NCBI GenBank assembly: GCA_015062235.1
Contig: SUUZ01000003.1
Coordinates: 94,736-158,735, forward strand
Direction: 5' to 3'
DNA: 64,000 nucleotides
Source of the DNA: Alphaproteobacteria bacterium
GTDB lineage: Bacteria; Pseudomonadota; Alphaproteobacteria; RF32; CAG-239
In this document: positions 10,936 to 21,767 of the stretch, in pieces
Layout: every line of letters starts with the position of its first letter
Numbering within the stretch: position 1 is the first letter of the stretch
The notes under the pieces: generated by a model
The model's database searches: none
What the model saw: the letters and a program-made list of their open reading frames with translations, nothing else
What the model was told of the DNA's origin: nothing
Made by a program: the position numbers and the translations under genes

Positions 10936-11637
10936 TTAAAAATCAGAAATAAGTCCATGTTCTGCAAAAGAAAAATAATTTGATGGTGTAATTATAATAT
11001 GCTCATGAAGCATTATGTCTGCAGCCTCGCAAGCCTTTCTCACTCTTTTAGTTACCTCAATATCATTAGTCGATGGACGTGAATCTCCTGACGGATGATT
11101 GTGAACCATGATCACTCCAACAGCATTATTAGATAACGCTTTTGCCACTACATCTCGATGATGAATACATACCGACGACACACTTCCTCGTTGTAATATT
11201 TCATTACCTATAACCCGTAATTTTGCATCAACATATATAATTCTAAACTCTTCCACATCGCTATATGCCATTGAACAGCGACAATATTCAAGTAAAACAT
11301 CCATTGTTGCAATTATGGGAGTATCATCAAAAGCCAAATTCTGCCAAGATAGTTTCTGCGCAGCAAATTCTATAAATTTTATCAGTATTGCGGTATTATC
11401 TTTTATCCCTTTAACATCTGTTAGTTTACTTATTGGCGCAGACACAACTTTTGCAAAAGAACCAAATTTTCTAATCAATACCTTTGCCAAAGGTTTAACA
11501 TCTTTCCTTGGTAATGCATAAGTCAGAAGCATTTCTAAAGCTTCATAATCAGCCATATCGCTACCTAACGACCTTAAAAAACGTTCTCTTAATCTTTGAC
11601 GATGTCCAACATAATCATGGTTTTCTTTTTCCATCAT
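10936..11637 (-). CDS. radC: RadC-family JAB/MPN domain protein
   Basis: 'HNHPSGDSRPSTNDIEVTKR' is the JAMM-like motif of the RadC/UPF0758 family. Confidence 0.85.
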   Translation of the reverse strand: MMEKENHDYVGHRQRLRERFLRSLGSDMADYEALEMLLTYALPRKDVKPLAKVLIRKFGSFAKVVSAPISKLTDVKGIKDNTAILIKFIEFAAQKLSWQNLAFDDTPIIATMDVLLEYCRCSMAYSDVEEFRIIYVDAKLRVIGNEILQRGSVSSVCIHHRDVVAKALSNNAVGVIMVHNHPSGDSRPSTNDIEVTKRVRKACEAADIMLHEHIIITPSNYFSFAEHGLISDF

Positions 11638-11643
11638 TAATTC

Positions 11644-12453
11644 CTACTTTTTCATATATGGAGGACAATCCAATCCCAAAGGAGAATACGTAAACACCTC
11701 AAAACCATCTTTGGTAACTGCCAATGAATGTTCAAACTGAGCTGACAAAGATCTATCTTTTGTAACAGCTGTCCAACCATTAGCTAAAATTGTTGCTTCT
11801 TTCTTACCAAAATTTATCATAGGCTCTATTGTAAAAAACATCCCCTCTTCCAACCTTGCCCCTGTACCTTTTTTACCACAATGCATAACATTAGGTTCAT
11901 CATGAAAAACTCTACCCAATCCATGTCCACAAAACATGTCTACAACTGAATACCCATAATGATGAGCAACCTCTTCTATAACAGCACCTATATCACCAAA
12001 ATAAGCTCCAGGTTTAACAGCTTCGATTCCTCGCATCATACATTCATATGTAACATCGCAAAGTCTTTTAGCCTTAATTGAAGGTTTCCCAGCACAATAC
12101 ATTCTAGATGTATCGCCATACCATCCGTCAACTATTACTGTCACATCAATATTTAATATATCTCCATTAAGAAGCTTGCGTTCTGGCAAAGGAATACCAT
12201 GACATATCTCATGATTAATAGAAATACACGTACTCTTAGGATAGCCTCTATACCCTAAACATGCTGGTACAGCACCGTGTTCTAAAATAAACTTACGACA
12301 TAAATCATCCAAATATTCCGTAGAAACACCAACGTCTACATAAGATGTTATATAATCCAAACACTCAGCTGCTAACTTTCCAGCCTTTCGCATTCCTTCA
12401 AAATCATTGACATCACTATGAATAACTATGCCTTCTTCATTTATCTTGTCCAC
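11644..12453 (-). CDS. map: Methionine aminopeptidase type I
   Basis: Pita-bread fold metal-ligand pattern (D…D…H…E…E); 'CLGYRGYPKSTCISINHEICHGIP'. Confidence 0.9.
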   Translation of the reverse strand: MDKINEEGIVIHSDVNDFEGMRKAGKLAAECLDYITSYVDVGVSTEYLDDLCRKFILEHGAVPACLGYRGYPKSTCISINHEICHGIPLPERKLLNGDILNIDVTVIVDGWYGDTSRMYCAGKPSIKAKRLCDVTYECMMRGIEAVKPGAYFGDIGAVIEEVAHHYGYSVVDMFCGHGLGRVFHDEPNVMHCGKKGTGARLEEGMFFTIEPMINFGKKEATILANGWTAVTKDRSLSAQFEHSLAVTKDGFEVFTYSPLGLDCPPYMKK

Positions 12454-12467
12454 AACACTTTCCTCTA

Positions 12468-13163
12468 CTAATATAATATTTCCATTTTTCTATCTATTTC
12501 TATTTGGTTTTTTTCAACTTTGCAACCATAACACAAAAATTTCACGCCATTTTTTGCAGCCTCAAAAATAGAAGCAGCTGCCAAGGCATCTAAATGCCAC
12601 ACAAATTTAGCTTGCACACAATCATTTCTCGGTACGATCATAAACACATAAACATCTGCCCCCATTCTCTTCCTGCGCATCATTTCATCAAACATTTTCA
12701 TCTCAAAAAAATTAATAGCATGAGGAAATGCTGCACAACCATCTATTTTATCATAAATAGAGGTAACAAAAACAAAAGATGAACGCCCATTTTTTGCTTT
12801 CAATTCAAAATCTATACCCTTAGAATTATCATCTTCTCCTAAAGAAATACATTCATCATAATCTATCAAATCAACTATACTTTTTTGCTCAAATGCTTCT
12901 TGAAACAATTGTCTACTATATTTAGGATTAGCAAAAACAATACCTGCTGGAGTTTCAACAAAAGCAACATTATATTTTACCAACCTTTTGGGGATAGATG
13001 ACCTTTTAAGCCACACCCTAATTCCTTCCCTACATAAATCAGCGACTTCTACTGCTGCACAAAAAGCTGACACCACTTGAGAATCTTCTAGTTTTGCATC
13101 TACTATCAAATTATTACAAACAGAAATTACTGTTGCTGGTAAAAGCTTATGTTTATATTCCAC
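12468..13163 (-). CDS. sfsA: SfsA-family nuclease (sugar fermentation stimulation protein homolog)
   Basis: Length and conserved blocks resemble SfsA. Confidence 0.55.
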   Translation of the reverse strand: MEYKHKLLPATVISVCNNLIVDAKLEDSQVVSAFCAAVEVADLCREGIRVWLKRSSIPKRLVKYNVAFVETPAGIVFANPKYSRQLFQEAFEQKSIVDLIDYDECISLGEDDNSKGIDFELKAKNGRSSFVFVTSIYDKIDGCAAFPHAINFFEMKMFDEMMRRKRMGADVYVFMIVPRNDCVQAKFVWHLDALAAASIFEAAKNGVKFLCYGCKVEKNQIEIDRKMEILY

Positions 13164-13244
13164 TTTCTAGCAGCCCCTCTTAAAAAAATTAAAAAACAGC
13201 TTAAGTATTATACAAAATTATCAATCTTTCAAGGAATAAACTTC

Positions 13245-13733
13245 ATGAAAAAAATATTTAAATTTATTTACATCATAATTGCCGTATCACTAACATCTTA
13301 TCTATGTTCAAAATTTACACACATAGGGCTGTCTAATTGGTATAACAATCTTAATAAACCATTTTTAACACCTCCAAACATCGTTTTTCCAATAGTTTGG
13401 TCAATAATATATACACTAATTGTTATTTCTAGCTTTATAGCCATGCGTGATACACAAAACAGTCAACAAGCAAAAGTAAATAACTACTTTCTAGCACAAC
13501 TTTTTTTACAAATTCTATGGTGCTTTATATTCTTTGCTGAAGGATATTTAGGTTTAGGATTTGCAATAATAGTATTGTTAGATATAACCGTTTTCAAAAT
13601 GATATCTGTCTTTACAAAAATAAATAAATTGGCATCTGTTTTATTATACCCATACTATTGGTGGCTTATGTTTGCTACTTTTTTGAACTTTAATTACATT
13701 TACAACTTTGGTTTGATTATAGTATTACAATAA
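13245..13733 (+). CDS. tspO: TspO/MBR (tryptophan-rich sensory protein) family membrane protein
   Basis: 'WYNNLNKPFLTPPNIVFPIVWSIIY' signature; five TM helices. ATG at 13245 follows an AAGGA ribosome-binding site. Confidence 0.7.
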   Translation: MKKIFKFIYIIIAVSLTSYLCSKFTHIGLSNWYNNLNKPFLTPPNIVFPIVWSIIYTLIVISSFIAMRDTQNSQQAKVNNYFLAQLFLQILWCFIFFAEGYLGLGFAIIVLLDITVFKMISVFTKINKLASVLLYPYYWWLMFATFLNFNYIYNFGLIIVLQ

Positions 13734-13805
13734 AAAACTCTTGCTTAATAACAAACTTTGCTTTATCAATAATCAACTAACTTTTTTGATTTTTTGGGAA
13801 GCAAA

Positions 13806-16424
13806 ATGACTACAGTAAATGAAATTAGAAATACATTTTTAAAATATTTTGAAAAAAATGGTCACAAGATACTACCTTCTTCATCTCTTGTACCAAATAA
13901 CGATCCTACATTAATGTTTACCAACTCAGGTATGGTGCAATTTAAAAATATCTTTACAGGTAATGAATCAGCTCCATTTAAGCGAGCAACAACATCCCAA
14001 AAATCAGTTCGCGCTGGAGGTAAACACAATGATTTAGATTCTGTTGGATATGATGTCCGACATCATACTTTCTTTGAAATGCTTGGAAATTTTTCATTTG
14101 GTGATTATTTTAAAGATGACGCTATAGCTTTTGCTTGGGAACTTGTTACCAAAGAGTTTGGTATTAGCAAAGATCGATTAGCTGTAACATATTTCCACAC
14201 TGATGAAATATCTCGTGACATATGGAAAAAGGTATCAGGACTTCCAGCTGATCGCATTATCCCTATCGCCACCAAAGATAATTTTTGGCAAATGGGCGAC
14301 ACAGGGCCTTGCGGATACTGTTCAGAGATATTTTTTGATCATGGTCCAGAAGTATGGGGTGGACTACCTGGAACTCCTGAAGAAGATGGTGACCGTTGGA
14401 TTGAAATTTGGAATCTTGTTTTTGATGAGTTTGAAGATTTAGCCGATGGAACTAGAATAAATCTCAAACAACGTTGTATTGATACAGGAATGGGGCTTGA
14501 AAGAATCTCTGCAATTCTTCAAGGCGTCCACTCAAACTACGAAATTGATATTTTTCAAAACCTTATCAAATCAATTGCTGACATTGCAAATTCTGACCCT
14601 TCTGGTCCTCTAAAATCATCCCACAATGTTATTGCAGATCATTTACGTTCCATGTCGTTTTTAATTGCAGATGGTGTTTTACCTTCTAACGAGGGACGAG
14701 GTTATGTTTTACGTCGTATTATGCGCCGTGCCATGAGACATGTTCACATGCTTGGAATAAATGAACCAATGATTTATAAACTTCTCCCATCATTACAAAC
14801 AGAGATGGGAGAAGCATATCCCGAACTTTATAAAGCTGAAACTTTAATTAAAGAAACAATTCAATGCGAAGAAGAACGCTTTATTAAAACGATGGAAAAA
14901 GGTCTTAAACTTCTAGATGATGAAACAAAAAATATGAACACTGGGGAATGCCTAGACGGAAAAATAGCATTCAAATTATATGACACCTACGGATTTCCTC
15001 TTGATCTTACCCAAGATGCTCTCAAATTACGCAACATCAGTGTTGATGAAAAAGGTTTTAACGAAGCCATGGAAGCACAAAAAGCTGAGGCGCGCAAAAA
15101 CTGGACTGGTTCAGGAGATGCAGGAACCGAAAAAATATGGTTTGAACTACAAGAAAAACTCGGTTCTACTGAATTTTTAGGTTACAATACTTTAAGTTTA
15201 GATGCTCAAATAACCACCTTAGTACAAAATGGTACTGTCGTTGAAACCGTATCTTCTGGTGAATTTCACTTACTTTCAAATCAAACACCTTTCTACGCTG
15301 AAATGGGAGGACAAGTTGGAGATATTGGCATAATTAAAAATATGGATTTCACCGCAGAAGTAATTGATACAAAGAAAAAATGCGAAGGTCTTCATGTTCA
15401 TATTTGCCGCCTAATAAGTGGAAGCATCAAAAAAGGTACTACCGCATTATTTGAAGTAGATATAAACAACCGATTATCAATTCAAGGAAATCACACAGTA
15501 ACACATCTATTGCATAGGGCGCTTCAAGAGAAATTTGGCTCTTCTGTAACCCAAAAAGGATCTTATGTGGCTGCTGATAGAATGCGTTTTGATATTGCTT
15601 ATAACAAACAAATTTCCAGCGAAGAAATTCGTCAACTTGAAGAACGTGTTAACCAAATGATACGCTCAAACTATGAAGTAAAAACTAAAATAATGAACCA
15701 AGAAGATGCTGTAAATTCTGGAGCAATGGCTTTATTTGGCGAAAAATATAGCGACGAAGTTCGAGTAGTATGTGTTGGAAATGGTATATCTACAGAACTA
15801 TGCGGTGGTACACATGTTAAACAAACAGGTGATATTGGTAGTTTTAATATACTATCAGATTCTGCTATTGCAGCAGGGGTTCGTCGCCTTGAATGTGTAA
15901 CAGGCTGTGGAGCAGCCAAACACACTCACGATCTAGAAGACAAGGTTCGTAATGTAAGCCAATTATTAAAAGTTGGTATTAATGATATTGAAGAGAGAAT
16001 AACCAATATCTTAGCTGAACGCAAAGAAATGGAAACAAAAATATTTGAACTAAAAAAACAGCTCATAAGTGGTTCAAAATCTACAACTGATGACATTGAA
16101 CAAATCAATGGTATAAAATTTATAGCAAAAACATTAACTGATGTTCAAGCTAAAGAATTAAAAGCTATTGTTGATGACTTTAAGGATAAATATAAAGACA
16201 ACCTTATTGTAGCCCTTTTTGCCATAAATGAAGGAAAGTCATCAGTCGTTATTGGTGTTAGTGACGACCTTAAAAATAGAATATCTGCCGTTGATTTAGT
16301 CAAAAAAATTGCTCCTTTTGTTGGCGCACAAGGAGGAGGGGGGCGTCCTGATATGGCACAAACAGGAGGAAATGATATATCTAAGTTCAATGAAGCTATC
16401 ATAGAAATAAAAAAATATATCTAA
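13806..16424 (+). CDS. alaS: Alanine--tRNA ligase
   Basis: MTTVNEIR…FTNSGMVQFK…; editing-domain HxxxH and C-terminal DHHA1 region. GGAAG ribosome-binding site before ATG at 13806. Confidence 0.95.
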   Translation: MTTVNEIRNTFLKYFEKNGHKILPSSSLVPNNDPTLMFTNSGMVQFKNIFTGNESAPFKRATTSQKSVRAGGKHNDLDSVGYDVRHHTFFEMLGNFSFGDYFKDDAIAFAWELVTKEFGISKDRLAVTYFHTDEISRDIWKKVSGLPADRIIPIATKDNFWQMGDTGPCGYCSEIFFDHGPEVWGGLPGTPEEDGDRWIEIWNLVFDEFEDLADGTRINLKQRCIDTGMGLERISAILQGVHSNYEIDIFQNLIKSIADIANSDPSGPLKSSHNVIADHLRSMSFLIADGVLPSNEGRGYVLRRIMRRAMRHVHMLGINEPMIYKLLPSLQTEMGEAYPELYKAETLIKETIQCEEERFIKTMEKGLKLLDDETKNMNTGECLDGKIAFKLYDTYGFPLDLTQDALKLRNISVDEKGFNEAMEAQKAEARKNWTGSGDAGTEKIWFELQEKLGSTEFLGYNTLSLDAQITTLVQNGTVVETVSSGEFHLLSNQTPFYAEMGGQVGDIGIIKNMDFTAEVIDTKKKCEGLHVHICRLISGSIKKGTTALFEVDINNRLSIQGNHTVTHLLHRALQEKFGSSVTQKGSYVAADRMRFDIAYNKQISSEEIRQLEERVNQMIRSNYEVKTKIMNQEDAVNSGAMALFGEKYSDEVRVVCVGNGISTELCGGTHVKQTGDIGSFNILSDSAIAAGVRRLECVTGCGAAKHTHDLEDKVRNVSQLLKVGINDIEERITNILAERKEMETKIFELKKQLISGSKSTTDDIEQINGIKFIAKTLTDVQAKELKAIVDDFKDKYKDNLIVALFAINEGKSSVVIGVSDDLKNRISAVDLVKKIAPFVGAQGGGGRPDMAQTGGNDISKFNEAIIEIKKYI

Positions 16425-16429
16425 TCAAA

Positions 16430-16465
16430 TAGAAAGCTCGCTTATTCAAAGCGAGCTTTCTATTT
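16430..16465. terminator. Bidirectional terminator between alaS and htpG
   Basis: AGAAAGCTCGCTT-attcaa-AGCGAGCTTTCT perfect hairpin flanked by A/T tracts. Confidence 0.7.
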
Positions 16466-16469
16466 TTAC

Positions 16470-18311
16470 CTAATCAAGACTCTTAAGAATATACCCACTT
16501 ATCCTCTCTGAATAAAAAGATGGATCAGAAATTGGTTCTCCCTCAGCAACCTTAGCTTGATCCAATAAAATACGAGAAATCTCTTTTACCTTCTCAGCAT
16601 TAGTATCAACCATTACCATATCCGCAAGCCTAATAATTAATGGATGATAAGGATTTAATTCTAATATTCTGGTAGATGCAAAAGCTGTCTGTTGTTGGTG
16701 GTTTCTCATTAACCTTTCAAGATGCAAACTCATTTGTCCATTTTCCACCGTGATACTCACCGGAGATGCTGTCAATTTTTCAGTTGTTACAACCTTTGCA
16801 ACATCTTCTTTTAAAAACTCAGCCATAAATTCTGTTAGCTGTTTTAGACTACCATCATCAGCCTTTTTTTCATCCCTTTTCCAAGTCATATCAATATCTG
16901 CTTGTGAAATATGTTTTATTGCAAAATTCTTATAACTAGGCAAAACTTGTGGCCAAAACTCATCAATAGGCTCATTCATTAATAAAACCTCAATTCCTTT
17001 TTGCTTAAATGCTTCTAGTTGAGGACTATTTCGCAAAATATTTATATCATCACCTGTAATATAATAAATGGCTTTTTGCTCCTTATTACAGCGACCTATA
17101 TATTCATCTAAATTAGTCAATTTTTCCATATCTGCTGTCGAATAAAAATATGAAATTGCAGCTATCTCTTCACGATTCTTGAAATCTTCATAAATGCCTT
17201 CTTTTAAAACAATCCCAAAACTCTTCCAAAACTCCATATAATCATCATAATTTTTACTACGTTTTTTTAGCTCTTTTAAAATCCTATTAACAGTACCCGC
17301 CTTAATTTTTTCCATAAGCGGAGAATTTTGCAACATTTCCCTTGATATATTTAATGGTAAATCTGCACTATCAATAACACCTTTAACAAAACGCAAATAA
17401 TTAGGCATTAATTGTTCTATTTTATCAGAAATAAATACCTTATTAATATAAAGCTTAATTGAATTCTTTTTATCTGGTTGAAATAAATCATATGGAGCTT
17501 TACCTGGGATAAATAACAAACCACTATACTCTATATTTCCTTCTGCCTTAAAATGAAGTGTCATCCACGGATCATCAAAATTATGCGAAATATGCTGATA
17601 AAAATCCTTATATTGATCCGTTGTTATTTCTGCTTTATTTTTCATCCACAATGCAGAACCTTTATTTATAGTTTCTTCTCCTGCTTCCCCTAAATCAAGT
17701 ACTATTGGATAATCTATATGATCTGAATATGTCCGTATAATCTGTCGTAAATAAATAGTATCAACATAATTTTCTTCACCTTTTTTCAAAAACAACTTAA
17801 TTTCCGTACCATTTGATTGTTTTTCTGCTTCACTTATTTCAAAACCATCGATTCCATTAGATACCCATTTCCACGCCTTACTTTCGTCAGCCCTTTTTGT
17901 CAGAATTTCAACTCTTTCAGCAACCATAAAAGCAGAATAAAAACCAACTCCAAACTGACCAATAAGTTCACAAACAGAACCATTATCTGACGCATTTTTA
18001 ACAAAATCAGCTGTACCAGATTTAGCTATTGTACCAAGATGAGTTATCAAATCATCTTTGCTCATCCCGATTCCATTATCTGCTATTATTAAAGTTTTTT
18101 CTTTAGCACTAGGCGTAATTACTATTTTAAAAGCTCCTGATTTTTTAGCTATATCAGGATTTGTTAGAGCCAAATATTTTAATTTATCACAAGCATCTGA
18201 TGCATTTGAAATTAATTCACGTAAAAAAATTTGTTTTTCTGAATAAAGTGAATTAATAACAATATCCAACATTTTGCTAACATCTGCTTGAAAAGCAATT
18301 TTATCAGCCAT
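16470..18311 (-). CDS. htpG: Chaperone HtpG (Hsp90)
   Basis: 'LRELISNASDACDKLKY' GHKL ATPase N-terminus; 613 aa. Confidence 0.95.
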   Translation of the reverse strand: MADKIAFQADVSKMLDIVINSLYSEKQIFLRELISNASDACDKLKYLALTNPDIAKKSGAFKIVITPSAKEKTLIIADNGIGMSKDDLITHLGTIAKSGTADFVKNASDNGSVCELIGQFGVGFYSAFMVAERVEILTKRADESKAWKWVSNGIDGFEISEAEKQSNGTEIKLFLKKGEENYVDTIYLRQIIRTYSDHIDYPIVLDLGEAGEETINKGSALWMKNKAEITTDQYKDFYQHISHNFDDPWMTLHFKAEGNIEYSGLLFIPGKAPYDLFQPDKKNSIKLYINKVFISDKIEQLMPNYLRFVKGVIDSADLPLNISREMLQNSPLMEKIKAGTVNRILKELKKRSKNYDDYMEFWKSFGIVLKEGIYEDFKNREEIAAISYFYSTADMEKLTNLDEYIGRCNKEQKAIYYITGDDINILRNSPQLEAFKQKGIEVLLMNEPIDEFWPQVLPSYKNFAIKHISQADIDMTWKRDEKKADDGSLKQLTEFMAEFLKEDVAKVVTTEKLTASPVSITVENGQMSLHLERLMRNHQQQTAFASTRILELNPYHPLIIRLADMVMVDTNAEKVKEISRILLDQAKVAEGEPISDPSFYSERISGYILKSLD

Positions 18312-18458
18312 ACTTATTCTCCTTTACATTTTTATCATTATCTATCACCTTAGTTAGTAACTTTTTTTTGCCTTTGCAAGATTGTACTTGATTTATTTTA
18401 TAAAAAGGATAAATTGAAGTCTGATTTTTAATAATTACATAACTTACTGGAGTTTAAA

Positions 18459-18698
18459 ATGGTATCTGTTGTTAGTGATGCTTGTGTAAAATGCAAATCT
18501 TGCGTTGAGGTTTGCCCTGTTGATGCTTTTCGTGAAGCTGAAAACATGCTAGTTATTGATCCAGATGTTTGCATCGACTGTGGTGTTTGCATCTCAGAAT
18601 GTCCTCAAGAAGCTATTAGCTCAGAGGATGAGGCTGATGAAAAATGGATTAAATATGCTCAAGAAAACGCTAAAAATTTGCCAAATGCAAATGAGTAA
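18459..18698 (+). CDS. Ferredoxin with two [4Fe-4S] clusters
   Basis: Two CxxCxxCxxxCP motifs ([12 protein letters not shown] and [12 protein letters not shown]); acidic C-terminus. Confidence 0.85.
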   Translation: MVSVVSDACVKCKSCVEVCPVDAFREAENMLVIDPDVCIDCGVCISECPQEAISSEDEADEKWIKYAQENAKNLPNANE

Positions 18699-18717
18699 TC
18701 TCTTTTAGTTTTAATCA

Positions 18718-18750
18718 AAAACTCCTCTTTGCATAAAGAGGAGTTTTTTA
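18718..18750 (+). terminator. Terminator after the ferredoxin gene
   Basis: AAAACTCCTCTTT-gcata-AAGAGGAGTTTTTT hairpin. Confidence 0.65.
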
Positions 18751-18764
18751 AGTTGAGAAGAACA

Positions 18765-19790
18765 ATGATTCAAAAAACAGAAATATCCACTTATTATGAC
18801 GTTGTCGGCATTGGTAATGCTATTGTTGATGTACTAGCCAAAGTTGGAGATAGATTTTTAACCGAAAGAAACTTATCAAAAAGTTGTATGACCTTACTTG
18901 ATGCCCAATCTGCTGGTAAAATTTATGCCGATATTGTTCCTGAACGTGAAGTCCCTGGCGGTTCTGCTGCTAATACTGTTGCTGGTCTAGCCTCTCTTGG
19001 CGGGGCACCTGCTTTTATAGGTAAAGTACATGATGACGTTCTTGGACAAGAATTTACCAGAGATATCGGTGCTGCAGGAGTCGACTTTTTCACTCCTCCT
19101 CTAAACGAAGGTCCTATGACTGGACGTTCTATAGTCTTAGTAACACCAGATGCTATGCGTTCAATGTTTACTTATCTAGGAGCAAACACCAGTTTAAGCG
19201 TAGATGATATTGATGAAAATATTATAAAATCAAGTCGTATAACATATCTTGAAGGTTACTTACTTGACTATGAACAAGGTTTAGAAATAGCAACTAAAGC
19301 GGCTCAAATTGCGCATCAATACAACCGTCAAGTAGCTTATTCTCTTTCAGATATTAGTTGCTTAAAAGATAAAGAAGATATTATTTTCGAATTTATTAAA
19401 GCTCATGTTGATATTTTATTCGCCAACGATGCAGAAATTCAAACCTTATTTAAAGGAGAAGATTTTTATAAATGTTTGGATCTTATAAAACCACATGTTG
19501 AAATTGCAGCAATAACACGCGGAGCTAAAGGATCTGTTGTTATAAATGGACGCATCAAAAGTTTTATTGAAGCTGAACATGTTGACAACGTTATTGACAC
19601 AACAGGTGCGGGAGATTTATACGCTGCAGGTTTTCTTTACGGAATGACACAAGGACGCTCTCTTGGTACTTGTGCAATTATCGGTTCAATAGCTGCAGCT
19701 GAAGTCATAACCCATTATGGCGCACGGCCAGAAATATCGTTAAGAGGGTTAGTTAGAAACAAATTACTTTCTTATGGTAAAAAAGCTTAG
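18765..19790 (+). CDS. PfkB-family carbohydrate/nucleoside kinase (adenosine-kinase-like)
   Basis: 'VVGIGNAIVDVL' N-terminus and 'DTTGAGDLYAAGFLYG' anion-hole motif. ATG at 18765 lies after the terminator hairpin. Confidence 0.75.
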   Translation: MIQKTEISTYYDVVGIGNAIVDVLAKVGDRFLTERNLSKSCMTLLDAQSAGKIYADIVPEREVPGGSAANTVAGLASLGGAPAFIGKVHDDVLGQEFTRDIGAAGVDFFTPPLNEGPMTGRSIVLVTPDAMRSMFTYLGANTSLSVDDIDENIIKSSRITYLEGYLLDYEQGLEIATKAAQIAHQYNRQVAYSLSDISCLKDKEDIIFEFIKAHVDILFANDAEIQTLFKGEDFYKCLDLIKPHVEIAAITRGAKGSVVINGRIKSFIEAEHVDNVIDTTGAGDLYAAGFLYGMTQGRSLGTCAIIGSIAAAEVITHYGARPEISLRGLVRNKLLSYGKKA

Positions 19791-19796
19791 AAAAAA

Positions 19797-19826
19797 AACG
19801 ACCTGATTACAGGTCATTTTTTCAAT
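19797..19826 (+). terminator. Terminator after the kinase gene
   Basis: CGACCTG-atta-CAGGTCG hairpin followed by TTTTTT. Confidence 0.6.
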
Positions 19827-19913
19827 AAAAATATTGAAATTTATTTTCAAACATATATTGTATGCAGAAATATTCAATATAAACATGAAAAATGTTTAGG
19901 AGAAAAAGAAATT

Positions 19914-21731
19914 ATGAATATGAGAAATATAGCTATAATAGCTCACGTTGACCATGGTAAAACAACTATGGTTGATGGATTATTGAAACAAAGTGGAACT
20001 TTTCGAGAAAATCAACAAGTTGAAACTTGTGTTATGGACAGTAATGAACTTGAACGTGAAAGAGGTATTACTATCCTTTCAAAATGTACATCTGTAAATT
20101 GGCATGGTACACATATTAATATTGTAGACACTCCTGGACACGCCGATTTTGGAGGAGAAGTAGAACGTATACTCTCAATGGTCGACGGCGTAATTTTGTT
20201 AGTCGATTCCTCAGAAGGTCCTATGCCCCAAACCAAATTCGTGTTAGGTAAAGCTCTAAAACTTGGCCTTTGCCCTATAGTAGTAATAAATAAGGCTGAT
20301 AAAGCAGATGCCCGCTGTGATGAAGTACTAAACGAAATTTTTGATCTATTTGTAAGCCTTGATGCTAATGATAAACAACTTGATTTCCCTGTATTATATG
20401 CCTCTGGACGTAGTGGTTGGGCAGTCAAAGAACTTGAAGATGAAAAAAATGATTTAACTCCATTATTTGAAATGATTTGCTCATACGTTCCTGAGCCAAA
20501 CTGTCAACCCGAAGCTCCTTTTTCTATGTTAGCAACCACTCTAGAATCTGATAAGTTTATTGGACGTTTACTTACAGGTAAAGTTCAATCTGGAACACTA
20601 CATGTTAATGATACAGTAAAAGTATTAAATAGCGACAACAAAGAAATCGAACGTGTTCGTATCAGTAAAATTTTAGCTTATCGTGGATTAAATCGTGAAA
20701 GTCTAGAAGTAGCACATGCAGGTGATATTATAGCTGTTGCAGGTATAGTCAAAGGAACAGTAGCAGATACGATTTGCTCCTTTGAAGTAAGCGAAGCAAT
20801 TCACGCTCAACCCATTGACCCACCCACTCTTGCCATGACTTTTTCAATTAACGATTCCCCTCTAGCTGGACGTGAGGGAGATAAAGTAACTTCTAGAATG
20901 ATATGGGATAGACTATGTAAAGAAGCAGAGGGAAATATTGCGCTCAAAATTTCGCGCACCGATACATCAGATTCTTTTGAGGTTGCTGGACGTGGTGAAT
21001 TGCAACTAGGTGTCCTTATCGAAACAATGAGACGTGAAGGTTTTGAGCTTTCAATCTCTCGTCCTCGTGTGCTAATGAAAAAAGATGAAAATGGTCAACT
21101 TTTAGAACCAATTGAAGAAGTTGTAGTCGATGTAGATGAAGAATTTTCTGGCGCTGTAGTAGAAAAATTAGGACAACGTCGTGCTGAAATGACTGAAATG
21201 ATTCCTTCTCAAGTTGGTAATAAAGTACGCCTAATTTTTAACGCTCCATCTCGTGGATTAATTGGTTATCATTCCGAATTTTTGACAGATACCAGAGGTA
21301 CTGGTGTAATGAACCGTATTTTCAAAAATTATGAACCACATAAAGGAGATATTGATAGTCGCCGTAATGGTGTTTTAATATCATCAGAAACTGGAACCGC
21401 TATAGCTTATTCTTTATGGAAATTACAAGATCGCGGACCTATGTTTATTGATCCTAGTGTTCCTGTTTATACAGGTATGATAATTGGTGAACACACCAAA
21501 CCTAATGATTTAGAGGTAAACCCTTGTAAATCTAAACAATTAACTAACATCCGTGCCGCAGGCAAAGACGAAGCTATCGACTTAGTACCTCCCCGTAAAC
21601 TTACTTTAGAACAAGGATTATCATATATCCAAGAAGATGAATTATTAGAGGTAACTCCTAAAACCTTACGTCTTCGCAAAAGGATACTTGACCCAATCGC
21701 TCGTCGCCGCGCTAAACCAGATGTTGTATAG
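19914..21731 (+). CDS. typA: Translational GTPase TypA/BipA
   Basis: 'NIAIIAHVDHGKTT…DTPGHADF…NKAD'; 605 aa with EF-G-like domains. Confidence 0.95.
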   Translation: MNMRNIAIIAHVDHGKTTMVDGLLKQSGTFRENQQVETCVMDSNELERERGITILSKCTSVNWHGTHINIVDTPGHADFGGEVERILSMVDGVILLVDSSEGPMPQTKFVLGKALKLGLCPIVVINKADKADARCDEVLNEIFDLFVSLDANDKQLDFPVLYASGRSGWAVKELEDEKNDLTPLFEMICSYVPEPNCQPEAPFSMLATTLESDKFIGRLLTGKVQSGTLHVNDTVKVLNSDNKEIERVRISKILAYRGLNRESLEVAHAGDIIAVAGIVKGTVADTICSFEVSEAIHAQPIDPPTLAMTFSINDSPLAGREGDKVTSRMIWDRLCKEAEGNIALKISRTDTSDSFEVAGRGELQLGVLIETMRREGFELSISRPRVLMKKDENGQLLEPIEEVVVDVDEEFSGAVVEKLGQRRAEMTEMIPSQVGNKVRLIFNAPSRGLIGYHSEFLTDTRGTGVMNRIFKNYEPHKGDIDSRRNGVLISSETGTAIAYSLWKLQDRGPMFIDPSVPVYTGMIIGEHTKPNDLEVNPCKSKQLTNIRAAGKDEAIDLVPPRKLTLEQGLSYIQEDELLEVTPKTLRLRKRILDPIARRRAKPDVV

Positions 21732-21734
21732 TAA

Positions 21735-21758
21735 AAAGCTCCCGTACGGGAGCTTTTA
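21735..21758. terminator. Bidirectional terminator
   Basis: AAAAGCTCCCG-tac-GGGAGCTTTT hairpin between convergent genes. Confidence 0.65.
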
Positions 21759-21767
21759 CTTATATAA

